DNA of 64,000 nt from an uncultured delta proteobacterium (GCA_963767925.1 CAVYGB010000008.1:864001-928000), one strand, 5' to 3'; shown: positions 29,190 through 40,012, numbered from the stretch's first letter. The notes: generated by a model not told the origin, from the sequence alone. Numbers and translations: made by a program.

Positions 29190-29753
29190 GCCTTGGCCTT
29201 GCTGGTCGCCTGGGAAGCCAAGGCGGCCCGGCGCCTGTAGAAGGTCGCCGTCGACAGCCCCAGGGCGCCGCATATGGAGCCGACGCTGACGCCGGGGACA
29301 GGTTCCGCCTTCACGGTCTCGTCCATCAGGACTTTTCGCCGTCGGGCTTGGGCAGTTCCAACCCCAGCAGCGAAGCCATTTTTTTTTGGATATCCACCAG
29401 CATCTCCGCGCGCTCCGCGCGAGCAGTGAGGGCGGTGACCTCGCGGCGCAGTCGACGATTCTCAATCTCTTCCGGCGTCGGTGGCGTGACCTTGGGTCCG
29501 CGCTTTCTCGGAGCGAGACCAGCCATTCCCCGCTGCTCCATCTCGCGGCGCCAGGTCGAAAGGTGCGACGAATACAGCCCCGCCCGGCGCAGCAGTGCTC
29601 CCAACTCGCCGGGCTTCGTGCACGCCGCCGCCTGACGGAGAACCCCTCGCTTGTACTCGGCGGTGAACCTCCGCCGGGTTGCCTTCGACACGACCTCGGT
29701 ATCATGTGCTAACACGCTGCTCATCTCTACCCGTTCCTGACTCGCCCTCGACA
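29190..29753 (-). mobile_element. Truncated IS3-family element (orfA 29326-29724, start of orfB)
   Basis: RRRFTAEYK, GALLRR.GLYSSHL..WR; orfB C.ALGLS.ATFYR; TGTC left end. Confidence 0.8.
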
Positions 29754-29825
29754 TTAAATTCGGCTTCGGCGTCGTCTCAGGTCACGTTGGCAGATAGGGG
29801 CCGGGGACTCCGTCGAGCGGCTCGG

Positions 29826-30150
29826 TCAGGCGCCGGGGCGCACGGACAGGGCGTGGTGGAAGACGCTGGCCGGGTCGCAGCGCCCCTTCACCGCCCGCAG
29901 GCGAGCGCAGTTGCCCTGGTAGTAGAACTGGTGCCAGGGCACGCCGGAGCTGTTCCAGGCCGGGTCGGTGAGATCTCCATCAGGGTGGTTGATCTCGGCG
30001 CCGTCGTAGGCCGGCCCGGGGACGGGCGCGCCGCCGGTGCTGGCGAAGACGTCCCGGTAGGTGGTGCAGGCCCAGTCGATGTATTCGCGTCCTCGGCGGG
30101 GTCGATCCAGCCATCGACGATGCGGGGATTCTTCTCGTCGCGGGTAGCGA
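29826..30150 (-). pseudogene. BBE-like C-terminal fragment of an FAD oxidoreductase
   Basis: INHPD.DL.DP.WN.SGVPW...YY.GN..RL..VK...DP..VF. Confidence 0.75.
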
Positions 30151-30169
30151 CTGAATGGCCGAGCACCGC

Positions 30170-30685
30170 TCATTTGCGCCTCGTGGCCGCGCGCAGCCCG
30201 GCTGCGGCAGTGTCTGCAAGCAGAAAGAGCCGGTTCGGCGTCGCCGGGAACTGCACGAATCCGAACGTTCGATAGAACGCTATCGCCGCTTCGTCCTTCG
30301 CGTCGACGACAATCGCGAGAGCGGCGACGGACTCGGCCGCAGCGAGGACGCGGGTGATGGCATCGGCGATCATTAATTCGCCCAGGCCCTGGCCGCGGCC
30401 ACGCACGTGACGGGCGAGGCGGCCGATGAGCGCCGCCGGGAGGTCCTTGTACTTGGGGAGCTTGCGCGTGAGGTTGGGCGGAAGGTCGTCGAGCGCCAGA
30501 GTGAACATGCTCAGGCTGTAGAAACCGACGATCCCCTGCTCGTCCAGAGCGACGAAGACGCGGGCGATGTTGCGGCGCTCGTCCTGGCCGGCTCGGGCAC
30601 GGAACCATGTGTCCAGGGCCGGCGCGCCGCACTCGAAGGTGCTCCGGTCGTGCCTGCTGCGCAGCGGCTCGAAGCGGATATTCAC
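30170..30685 (-). CDS. GNAT acetyltransferase toxin (TacT/AtaT-like)
   Basis: HDRSTFECG..ALD, PAALIGRLA, GQGLG, VDAKDEAAIAFY..FGF. Confidence 0.9.
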   Translation of the reverse strand: MNIRFEPLRSRHDRSTFECGAPALDTWFRARAGQDERRNIARVFVALDEQGIVGFYSLSMFTLALDDLPPNLTRKLPKYKDLPAALIGRLARHVRGRGQGLGELMIADAITRVLAAAESVAALAIVVDAKDEAAIAFYRTFGFVQFPATPNRLFLLADTAAAGLRAATRRK

Positions 30686-30697
30686 AGGACCGGCAGT

Positions 30698-30976
30698 CTA
30701 ATCGGAGAACGCGCGGTGGCGGCGCAAGGCGCGGACGAGCCGGTCGGTGGGGGGAGGGGGGTTCGCCACGGCGGCCAGGAATGTGTCGCGGTCTGCGCCA
30801 CGCAGGACCATGCGCTCGTGCTCTTCGAGGATCCGGCGGGCGCCCTCGTAAGCGAGGTCGCCCGCGCCGAGGCCCGAGATAGCGCTCGCCCGCTGGATGA
30901 CCTTCCGCACTGACGGAGCCACCCGCAGCTCCATCCGCTCCGTCTTTTGCTCGCGAGTTCGCCGTGCCGTGGCCAT
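30698..30976 (-). CDS. DUF1778 (TacA-like) antitoxin
   Basis: KTERMELRV...IQRA...FLAAVANPPPP...L; upstream of the GNAT toxin. Confidence 0.88.
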   Translation of the reverse strand: MATARRTREQKTERMELRVAPSVRKVIQRASAISGLGAGDLAYEGARRILEEHERMVLRGADRDTFLAAVANPPPPTDRLVRALRRHRAFSD

Positions 30977-31153
30977 GAAATAGTCCCACGCACAGTGTAC
31001 GGTGATTCTCCGTACAAGTCCAACTGCTGGCGCGCTCGACGACGTCGACAACATTACAAATTTCGTCGACACCGTCGCCTCGCTCCACTTCCACGCGGCC
31101 TCGACTCCTTTCGAAGGCCGGTGGGTTCATTAGGAACGCATGCCAGCCCGACG

Positions 31154-31288
31154 CAGAACACTTGTCCCCGCCCAACCCCGCGACATAGCAAGCGTTCTCG
31201 ATGGCTGGGGACGAACTCTGTAAGAGCCTCTCTTGCAACATAAGGTAACTACTCACGATTTCGCCACCCCGCCCAGGTTAAGGTCCTG
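31154..31288 (+). repeat. Island right-end repeat, family B copy 3, with degenerate att core
   Basis: Matches ~2305-2442; ends CCCAGGTTAAGGTCCTG versus CCCAGATTCAGGTTCTG. Confidence 0.8.
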
Positions 31289-31710
31289 TGGCTCACGCAG
31301 ACGAGCACGGACAAGATCGGCAGGATCACGCCCGCGGGGGACGTGACCGAGTTCGCGCTTCCGTGCACCGGCTGCGGGGCTGGTGGCCATCGCGAAAGGT
31401 CCAGACGGCAACATCTGGTTCTCGGAGCGATTCGCGAAGAAGGTCCGCCGGATCACAGTCGGCGGCACTATCCAGGAGTTCCCCCTGGCGACGGGCCGGT
31501 CCCGGTGATCTGGTCGCCGGGCCGGACGGCAAGCTCTGGCTCGCGGAGTTCAAGGCCAGCAAGATCGGTCGCATCACGCTGAGCGGCAGCATCACCGAGT
31601 ACCCGGTCCCCACGCCGGATAGCAGCCCGCTGAAAATGGTTGTGGCCCCGACAGGAGACTGTGGTTCACGCAGACCACCGCGAGGAGGATCGGCCGTTTC
31701 GCGCCATGAG
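31286..31710 (+). pseudogene. Vgb-lyase-like beta-propeller fragment
   Basis: KIGRIT..G.(V/I)TE(F/Y) and GPDG.(I/L)W repeats spread over several frames. Confidence 0.7.
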
Positions 31711-31770
31711 GGGCGCACTACCGCGGGGGCCCTTCTCACAGAATCACGGGCGCCCGCCCGACCCGGTCGT

Positions 31771-32274
31771 TCATTTCAGCCACTGCCGGATGGCCTCGTG
31801 GGCTTTCTCCTTGTGACGGTCGGGGGCCCCGTCCAGCAGATAGAACCGCCGTCCGCGGCATTCGATGGACAGCCTCACGAAAACTCTCTGCCACTGATGC
31901 CACTGCGGCAGCAGGCCTACCTCCCAGGCGCGCCCGCGCTGCAGCGCCAAGCGCACGTCCCGTAGGGAGGATTCGGCGAGAGTCGTTCCGCCGGCGCCTC
32001 CGGATGCGATCCGGGCGGTCGTGCGGCTCAGCTCGATCCGATGATGCCGAAGGGCGAGCCGGATGCCGATCCGAGCGACCCAAGCCCCCAGTGCGAGCGC
32101 CGGAACAGCGATGGCCAGCGACTGCCCGCTACCCCGGGTCGAGGCCGACACGAGGGACAGCCCGCCCAGCGCGACCAGCAGTCCGCCGAGCAGCAGCGGA
32201 AATCCCGATACCTCGTTGAAACCGCCGCGCGCCGTTTCGATGACCAAGCTGTCTGCAGACCGCGCGATCTTCAA
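31771..32274 (-). CDS. Hypothetical two-TM membrane protein
   Basis: Two hydrophobic segments; AGGA upstream of TTG. Confidence 0.5.
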   Translation of the reverse strand: MKIARSADSLVIETARGGFNEVSGFPLLLGGLLVALGGLSLVSASTRGSGQSLAIAVPALALGAWVARIGIRLALRHHRIELSRTTARIASGGAGGTTLAESSLRDVRLALQRGRAWEVGLLPQWHQWQRVFVRLSIECRGRRFYLLDGAPDRHKEKAHEAIRQWLK

Positions 32275-32337
32275 TTCCTACTTCCTAGGCCGCTTTCGAC
32301 TCGTTTCTGCAAGATCCGAGGGCCGTCCGCCCGAGGA

Positions 32338-32935
32338 TCAACGCCCCGGCACCAGAAGCTCGCCATTCACGAACACCAGCCTCGGCTCGACGATGGGGAT
32401 GACTGTCTGGGTGTTCGCCTGCGCCCAGGCGCCGACTCCAATTCCGATCCCGATCCCAAGGCCGCTTTCCATGGCCGGGCTGGTACTCGAACCCAACAGG
32501 CCCGGCCGCGACACTGAAACCGCCGGAATCCTGCCAGGTCTCGTGGTTGCCATGGATGGTCCCGCTGTTCGAGACGGAGGTATTCACGCCGACGCCAACG
32601 TTTACGCCCCATCCCGCAAGAGCCGAGCCGCCCAGCGAGATTCCCAGTCCACCGAAGCTATCCCACACCAGCCCCACCGAGCCGGTGGCGCCACCACCGA
32701 GGCCGAACGGGCTCAGGGGCACGGCCACGCTGCCTTCGATCGCGATCCCGGCAACCGGTTGACCGTTGGCCTGACGGAAGCCCTCCGACGGAGAAGTCAA
32801 CAGCTTCGGGGGTTGCAAGTGGGCAGGGATGCTCGCGTCCAGTGAAAGGGTCGGTTCGGAGGGCGGGTCGAAGCCATCAGTGCCGGCAGCGGGTGTCGAG
32901 TCGACGCCACTCCTTTCGAGGTGGCCGTCCGGGGA
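32338..32935 (-). pseudogene. Glycine-rich RHS-tip-like fragment, frameshifted
   Basis: SPDGH (DPxG-like) followed by a Gly/Val/Ser-rich domain that continues in another frame. Confidence 0.35.
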
Positions 32936-33275
32936 GAGCCAGCCGCCGCGCTGCTCGATGGCGTTGAGCTGTGTCGAATATCTTTCCGGGGAACCAACCC
33001 CGCGCGCCCCGAGAAATACAGCCCGGAGCGCGCCGAGAAGGTACGGAACCAGTTCCTGCATTTGCCCGGGCGAGCGGACGGATGATGCTGCCCGGACCGT
33101 GCCGCCGATGAATTGCGCAGTTCCCCCGGCCGAATGGCCAGGGGCCGACGCTCGGGATGGTGGTCCCGCGATGTAGCGCACAGTGTCTGTCGGCCGGGCC
33201 GGCTTTGACCGATGCCCACGTCTTCTTCTGGCGCATCCTGTTTGCGTGGGGAGGGCCGCGACTTGGCGCGCGCGG

Positions 33276-35046
33276 ATGGAACCTGCTGATAACCTTGCCG
33301 CGCCAATGACCGCCGGTCAGGTAGTTCCCCTCGCGAACGAGCGGCGCGATGGTCCGCAGATACTCGTCGTCGACGACAGTCCGGCGAACCTGGTGGCGGT
33401 CGAGGTGGCGCTGGCCGATGTGGGCGGGCGCTGGTGCAGGCCTCCTCCGGGGACGAGGCGCTGCGCGTCCTGCTGGACCACGACTTCGCGCTGATCCTCC
33501 TCGACGTGAAGATGCCCGACCTGAACGGGTTCGAGACCGCGCGGCTGATCCGCGAGCGCAAGCGCTCCCGGCACACGCCCATCATCTTCATCACCGCCTA
33601 CTCCCGCGACGATCAGGACGTGCTGGCGGCCTACAAGGTGGGCGCAGCAGGCGGCTGTTGCGGGAACAATGGACGACGCGGTGGCTATCGCCCGGGCAAT
33701 CCCGCCCGAGCTGTTGCCGCGCCTGTTCGACACGTACACCCAGGAGCGATCCGGCGACGGCGGTCTGGGCCTGGGCTTGGCGGTGGCCCGGAGGCTGGTC
33801 GAGCTGCACGGCGGCTCGATCCAGGTCCGCAGCGACGGACCCGGTCGGGGCAGCGAGTTCGTCGTGCGCCTGCTCCGCTCCGAGGAGGCGGAGGAGCCCG
33901 CCGCCGATGCGGGGGGCGCCACCGGAGCGGTGGAGGGCGGCCCGCCCCTGGTCGTGGCCGTCGTGGACGACAACGAGGACCTCCGCGAAGGGATGGCTGA
34001 GTTGCTCGCCCTCGTCGGCCACACCGTCGACGCGGCGAACGACGGCCAGAGCGGGATGACCTCGTGCTGCGGCTGCGACCGGACGTGGCGCTCATCGACA
34101 TCTCGATGCCGGACATCGATGGCTACGCGGTCGCCCGCCGCCTGCGGGAGGAGCTGGGCGAGGCCTGCCCCCGCCTGGTCGCCATGAGCGGCCACGGGCT
34201 CGAGGCCCACCGCCGCCGGGCCCGGGAGGCCGGCTTCGACGCCTACCTCATCAAGCCCTGTCCGCTCGAGGAGCTCGAGAAGACGCTGCGGCGCTGAGAC
34301 CACGGCGCCCGCATCCAGGAGCACGCGGGGGAACGCCCCGACCGCCTGATAAGGAAGACCCATAAAGAACGCATCACCCAGCAAGAAGGCGTCCGGACCA
34401 GACGGGCTCGACAATCGGCAGCTCCTCGCGGCGCTCCGTGGTTTGCGCCGCGACGAGTTCACCGTGCGCCTCCCCGACGAGCTGAGCGGCGTCGACGGCC
34501 AGATCTGCGAGACGTTCAACCAGGTCCGGAACATCGCCGAGGTGGCGCGGGCGGTCGCCAGCGGCGACTTGTCGAAGAAGATCACGGTGAGCGCGCGCGG
34601 CGAGGTGCTGGAGCTCAAGACCGTGCTCAACGCCATGGTCGACCAGCTCAACGCCTTCTCCGCCGAGGTGACCCGCGTCTCGCGCGAGGTCGGCGTCGAG
34701 GGACGCCTCGGCGGGCAGGCGGTAGTCACCGGCGTGCGTGGCGTGTGGAAGGAGCTGACCGACAACGTAAACCTGATGGGCAGCAACCTCACCGATCAGG
34801 TGCGGGACATCGCCACCGTGACGACGGCGGTGGCCAAGGGGGACCTCACCCGCAAGATCATGGTCGACGCCAAGGGGGAGATCCTCGAGCTCAAGAACAC
34901 CATCAACACGATGGTTGACCAGTTGAGCGCCTTCGCCGACCAGGTCACGCGGCTGGCCACCGAGGTCGGCACCGAGGGCAAGCTGGGCGGGCAGGCCGAC
35001 GTGCGTGGCGTGTCCGGCACCTGGCGCCACCTCACCCAAGCGGGAC
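33276..35046 (+). pseudogene. Fragments of hybrid histidine kinase genes (REC, HATPase, REC, poly-HAMP)
   Basis: [31 protein letters not shown] repeats in different frames with internal deletions. Confidence 0.8.
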
Positions 35047-35478
35047 ATGCTCCGCCGCCTCACCGAGACCGATCCTGCCCTCGTGGGCAACAAGGTGCTG
35101 CTGGTCGACGACGACGGACGCAATCTATTCGCCATCACGACCATCCTCGAGCAGCACGACATGAAGGTCGTCTACGCCGAGAACGGCCAGGAGGCACTCG
35201 ACCGGCTCGCGGAGGACGACGGCATCGAGATCGTCCTGATGGACATCATGATGCCCGAGATGGATGGCTACGAGGCGGCCCGGCGGATCCGGGCCCAGCC
35301 CAAATACGCCAAGCTGTCGATCATCGCCCTGACGGCCAAGGCCATGAAGGGCGACCGGGAGAAATGTATCAACGCCGGCGCCTCGGACTACATCACCAAG
35401 CCCATCGACGCCGACCAGCTCGTCTCGTTGCTCCGGGTGTGGCTCTATGACCTGACGCCGTTTCGCCGGCTCGCATAG
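35047..35478 (+). CDS. Receiver domain, probably the C-terminus of the broken kinase
   Basis: LLVDDD, MDIMMP, ALTAKA, YITKP. Confidence 0.75.
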   Translation: MLRRLTETDPALVGNKVLLVDDDGRNLFAITTILEQHDMKVVYAENGQEALDRLAEDDGIEIVLMDIMMPEMDGYEAARRIRAQPKYAKLSIIALTAKAMKGDREKCINAGASDYITKPIDADQLVSLLRVWLYDLTPFRRLA

Positions 35479-35518
35479 CAATGGCTGACCGACCGCCAGG
35501 CCGAAGCGCTCGAGGTGC

Positions 35519-37762
35519 TCACAGCTCGCGAAGGAGATTGAACCGGACCTGGCGGGTGTCGCCGAGGGTCACGAGGTCGTTGCTGAACGAGCCGCCGTAG
35601 ATCGTCCGGTCGGCGAGGTTGCGCACGTTGAGGGTCGCGCGCCAGCCTTTGCCCTCGTACTGCAGGGCCGCGTCGAAGACGGTGTAGCCGGGGATGGAGA
35701 AATTGTAGGAGTACCCCGTCCTCTCGCTGACACTGCGCAGGCCTAGCCCGACGCCCCAGCCCGTCAGGACACCGCTGTCCCGACGGTACATGAGCCAGGC
35801 GTTGGCCCCGTGTTTGGGCACGTTGTTGACGGTCCTGCCGACCTGGCCGGGCGTGTTGCTCCTGGTCACCACGGCATCGCTGAAGGCATAGGCCGCGTTC
35901 AGGTTTAAGCCGAAGCGCAGATCGGCGGCCATCTCGAGCTCGAGCCCCCTCACGCCCTGTTCGCCGGTTTGCACGTTGAACGCGGCGTTCGCAGGGTTGG
36001 GGGTCAGGACGTTCGTGCGTCGCAAGTCATACCCCGCCAAGGTGGCCACCTGACGTCCGCCTTCGCGTTCGAGCTTCACGCCGACCTCGATCTGTCTGCC
36101 GGTTTCCGGCTTGAATACCGCACCACCGCTGTCCAGCCCGGACACGGGCAGGAAGGAGTTGGCGAAGCTCGCGTAGGGGCCGACCCCGTCCAAGACCTCG
36201 ACGACCGCGCCGACCATGCCGGTGGTGGCGGCGTCCCTGGGCTGGTCGACGCCGCCGCTGACGTTGTTCGTTGTCTTCGTGATGAGGCGATCGTGCCGCA
36301 CGCCGTACGTGACGTGCAGCCGTTTGCCCACGTGAAGCCGGTCCCGGAGATACACGCCCAGCCCGCGGATGTCCTGCGAGCTGTCGTTGGAGGCGCCAGT
36401 ACACGGGGTGGACTCACGGAGCAGCCCGTAGACCGGCGCATAGAGGTCCACCGTGCCCAGGTCGGACGTTGCGCAGGTGAGCGCGGTCAGGCGGCCACGT
36501 TTGTAGCTCAGATCCACGCCGAAGGTCGGCTCGTGGGTACCCAGGGGTGAGTCGATCAGGCCATTGAGGTACGTGTCCAGCGCAAGCCCCTGGAAATCGT
36601 CGCGCTGGATGTTGCCGGTGCGTGCCTGGGTCCGCTCATCCGGCGCAACCATGCCGTGGAAGGAGGTGTTCCGCTGGTTCATCTGGTAGTTCTCCCAGCG
36701 GAAATTCTGGGTGACCTGCCAGCCGCCGCCGAAGCGGTGCTCAAGCGCGTAGCCCAGGCGCAGGCGCCTGGCGTCGTTGTGACCGAAGGAGGGGTCGCCG
36801 ATGAACAGACTGCGATCGACCGGCCCGTTCAGGTTCGGCAGCACCGTGCCCCTGGACGCCAGACCCTGGTTGCGCAGCCACTCCCGGTCCAGGTAACTGG
36901 CGAGGATGGTGAGGTTGGTCCGCTCGCCGAGCGCGGCGTTGAGCGAGGGCGCGATGTACCTGTTCTTGAAGAAGACATGGTCAGTGGCATCGTCGCTGTC
37001 GCTGAGCAGGCTCGCCACGCGGAACGCCGAGCGGCTGCCGGTCCAGAGCGGTCGGCCCAGGTCGGCGGTCACTTCCTTGAAGCCGAGGTTGCCCGCCGAG
37101 ACGCCCAGCGCCCCGAAGGCCTCGGCCTTGGGCCGCTTGCTGACCAGGTTGATGAGACCGCCTGGGCGAACGCGTCCGAACAGCACGGACGCGGAGCCCT
37201 TCAGAACTTCGATGCGCTCGGCGCCGAAGATCTCCTCGGCAGGGAGGTAGCCGGAGCGCATCGTGTCGAGGCCGTCGAGGTACTTCTCCTGGTTGCCTCC
37301 CACCTCGGCACCGCGGATGCCGAAGTCGTCGAAGCCGCGGTTTCCCCTCTCGCCCGACACCACCCCGGCCACGCCGGACAGGGCCTCGACCAGAGTCTTG
37401 ACCTGAGTCTGGTCGAGCCTCTCCCGGGTCAACACGGTGATGGACTGGGGGTACTCCAGGAGTCTGCTGCCGCCCTTGGTGGTGCTGATGACCGTCCCGG
37501 GCGTGACGCCCGGGACGACGCTGCCCTCGACCTTGACTGTGGGCAGCCGGGTGGCCGCGCTGGCCGCCTGGTCGGAGACCGCCCCGGCCGGGGCCGGGGT
37601 GGGCCCTGTCTCCATCGCGGGTGCGGGCGGACTCGCTTCCCTCTCGAAGCCCGCCTCGGCGGGGGCGGGCTGGGTCGGTTGCGCCCATGCGGCCTGGCAA
37701 ACCAGGGTTAGCGCGGCGGCAAGCAGGGGCGTTCGGAGCGGGATCTTTGTGTTTGTCGACAT
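35519..37762 (-). CDS. TonB-dependent siderophore receptor
   Basis: Signal peptide, PQSITV, GIRG, ERIEVLKG, GGLINLVSKRP, NVRNL.DR. Confidence 0.93.
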   Translation of the reverse strand: MSTNTKIPLRTPLLAAALTLVCQAAWAQPTQPAPAEAGFEREASPPAPAMETGPTPAPAGAVSDQAASAATRLPTVKVEGSVVPGVTPGTVISTTKGGSRLLEYPQSITVLTRERLDQTQVKTLVEALSGVAGVVSGERGNRGFDDFGIRGAEVGGNQEKYLDGLDTMRSGYLPAEEIFGAERIEVLKGSASVLFGRVRPGGLINLVSKRPKAEAFGALGVSAGNLGFKEVTADLGRPLWTGSRSAFRVASLLSDSDDATDHVFFKNRYIAPSLNAALGERTNLTILASYLDREWLRNQGLASRGTVLPNLNGPVDRSLFIGDPSFGHNDARRLRLGYALEHRFGGGWQVTQNFRWENYQMNQRNTSFHGMVAPDERTQARTGNIQRDDFQGLALDTYLNGLIDSPLGTHEPTFGVDLSYKRGRLTALTCATSDLGTVDLYAPVYGLLRESTPCTGASNDSSQDIRGLGVYLRDRLHVGKRLHVTYGVRHDRLITKTTNNVSGGVDQPRDAATTGMVGAVVEVLDGVGPYASFANSFLPVSGLDSGGAVFKPETGRQIEVGVKLEREGGRQVATLAGYDLRRTNVLTPNPANAAFNVQTGEQGVRGLELEMAADLRFGLNLNAAYAFSDAVVTRSNTPGQVGRTVNNVPKHGANAWLMYRRDSGVLTGWGVGLGLRSVSERTGYSYNFSIPGYTVFDAALQYEGKGWRATLNVRNLADRTIYGGSFSNDLVTLGDTRQVRFNLLREL

Positions 37763-37796
37763 GGTCAGTCCTCGAGCGTGTCGACTGGACCAATAC

Positions 37797-37818
37797 TGCA
37801 AGTGACTCTCATTTTCAA
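37797..37818. promoter_or_regulatory. Fur-box-like site
   Basis: Minus strand GAAAATGAGAGTCACTTGC, ~35 nt upstream of the receptor. Confidence 0.6.
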
Positions 37819-37941
37819 CTCACCGATGAAGGTTCGTAGCGATCGCACTCCGGGACCCTGGAAAGACCCCGGGGTCATCGCTCGGGATGCCTCCCGGGCG
37901 TTGCCTCGACGGCGGGACGAGGTGGCACTCGTCGGTCGAGG

Positions 37942-38619
37942 TCAGGCGCCGGTCGCCCGCAGGATGTACCCCTGGCCGCGGCGGGTCTCGATCAGGGACG
38001 GCTCGCCGGGTTCATCGATGCGACGTCGCAGTGTACAGACGGTCGAGTCGACCGCGTTGCTGGCGAGCTCCGTGTGGCCGTCGTAGACGTGCTCCTCGAT
38101 CTCGGCCCGGCTCACCACCTGTCCCCGCCGTGCCACCAGGTACTCCAGCACCGCGTATTCGCGGGGGGTCAGTGTGATCCCTCGGCCATCGCGGAGCACC
38201 TGGCGGGCGACCGTATCGATCTCCAGGCGCCCTATGACAACGCGGGGGCTCCGCTGGCCATGGCGCCGGCGCAGCAGCGCTTGAATGCGCGCCAGCAGCT
38301 CCTCGAAGGCAAACGGCTTGACCAGAAAGTCGTCGGCGCCGGCGCGCAGGCCGCGCACGCGGTCTTCGACCGTGTCGCGCGCGGTGAGGATGAGCACCAG
38401 CGCGTCCCCGTCACCGTCGCGCAGCCTTCGTAGCACACTCAGGCCGTCCAGGCCGGGCAACATGAGGTCCAGAACGATGACGTCGTAGGCATTGGTCTCG
38501 GCCAGGGCCAGTGCGCTAGTCCCTTCGATGGCGACGTCGAGCGCGAATCCCGCGCGCCTGAGGCCGGCGCCCACGTAACGTTGCAACAGAGGGGAGTCCT
38601 CTACCAGTAACAGTCGCAT
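37942..38619 (-). CDS. OmpR-family response regulator (orphan)
   Basis: LVED, LDLMLP, LTAR, KPF, TRRGQGY. Confidence 0.93.
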   Translation of the reverse strand: MRLLLVEDSPLLQRYVGAGLRRAGFALDVAIEGTSALALAETNAYDVIVLDLMLPGLDGLSVLRRLRDGDGDALVLILTARDTVEDRVRGLRAGADDFLVKPFAFEELLARIQALLRRRHGQRSPRVVIGRLEIDTVARQVLRDGRGITLTPREYAVLEYLVARRGQVVSRAEIEEHVYDGHTELASNAVDSTVCTLRRRIDEPGEPSLIETRRGQGYILRATGA

Positions 38620-38784
38620 GTCCTGCCCAGCGAAGCGTATGCGCCGAAGGTGACCGGACCCTGACGGCTGCCAGAGTCCCTGAAGCTCCGCGCATCGAGT
38701 CGTGAGCCCGGCCGTCTTCGACTGCCCGCACCCGCAGGAGGGGTTCCCGGCGACGTCCCGGGGCCGGGGGAGGGCGCCGGCCGC

Positions 38785-39789
38785 TCAGGGGGTCCGGTAG
38801 ATTCGAACCTCGGCCGGCCTGTCGTCCTGGGCAGGCACCGCCACCGCAAAGAGCCGCAGCTCGGGCGAATAGGTCGAGGTCTTGGCGCCCTTGGCCGTGG
38901 GCGTGTTGCCCAGGAGCTCGTAGTCGTTGGGCCCCCTCTGGCGAATCATCGTGGCGAACCCCTCGCCCAGTGAGAGGAAGATCAGCTTGCGCCGCGGGTC
39001 GAATTGCATGTCGTCGGCGCCCTTGGGGACGGGGACCGAGGCGACAACCTTCCCCGACTCGGTGTCGAGCACCAGCAGAGCTCCCTCACGCGAGGCAACG
39101 AACAGGCGGTGGTTGGACTCATCGAGCGCCAGGGCATGGTTGTCGGACCGACCCTCGAGGGTGAAGGTCCCCAGTACCGTGGTGGCCTTCTTGTCGACCA
39201 CCGCCACCTTGCCCACCTTGGGCATGTTCACGAAGATGCGGTTACCCTTGCTCTCGATCTCGAAGGCGCAGGCCGGGCTCTCCAGGGCTACCTCCGTCAG
39301 CTTCGTCCCCTTGACCGGGTCGGTGACGGCCAGGTGGGCCTTTCCGTGGCCGACGTAGACGCGCTTGCTCCTTGGTTCGTAGCGGAGATTGTCCGTCGTC
39401 TCGTCGAGCTGGATCTCCTTTACCAGGGACAACGTCTTGAGGTCGAAGAACGAGCATTTGGCGTCACCCGACGTGCAGGTCGCGACCTGCTCGAGCTCGC
39501 GGATCACCTTCACGCCCTGGGGTGCCTTCAGCCCGGGGATGCTCCTCTCGACCGTGCCCGAGGCCAGGTCGATCACCTCGAGCGAGCCGTTCGACTTGGC
39601 GGCCACGAACAGGCGCTTGCTTGGCGCATCGAAGGCCAGGTGGTCGAAGCCGCCCTTGACGCCCGGGAGGGGGACCGTCTTGTCGAGCTGAAAGACCTCC
39701 TTGCCCTTCCTGGCGTCAGCCGCCGCGCTCGACCCAGGGCCGGTCAAGATTCCAAGGACGAGGCTGGCCACGACCGCTGAGAGCTTCAT
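38785..39789 (-). CDS. Exported YncE/YVTN-like beta-propeller
   Basis: Signal peptide, GGFDH, repeated blades (RLFVA, RVYVG, RIFVN). Confidence 0.8.
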   Translation of the reverse strand: MKLSAVVASLVLGILTGPGSSAAADARKGKEVFQLDKTVPLPGVKGGFDHLAFDAPSKRLFVAAKSNGSLEVIDLASGTVERSIPGLKAPQGVKVIRELEQVATCTSGDAKCSFFDLKTLSLVKEIQLDETTDNLRYEPRSKRVYVGHGKAHLAVTDPVKGTKLTEVALESPACAFEIESKGNRIFVNMPKVGKVAVVDKKATTVLGTFTLEGRSDNHALALDESNHRLFVASREGALLVLDTESGKVVASVPVPKGADDMQFDPRRKLIFLSLGEGFATMIRQRGPNDYELLGNTPTAKGAKTSTYSPELRLFAVAVPAQDDRPAEVRIYRTP

Positions 39790-40012
39790 GGGATGTTTCT
39801 CCTCCGCGAGAGATACCCCGAGCCCAGGAAGATCGCCGAGCCAAAAAGCCAACGGTGCAAGACGGCCGTGTCTCCGGGCGCGTTAAGCATAACGAAGCGG
39901 TAATGTTCGCTGATTTCGTACATCTATTTCACTCGCCGCGCTCAACACTCGCCGGTCAGCCCAGGTAGATTCTGAGGCATCGCACCCCGCCCCGGTCGCG
40001 AGCAGTTGTTCA

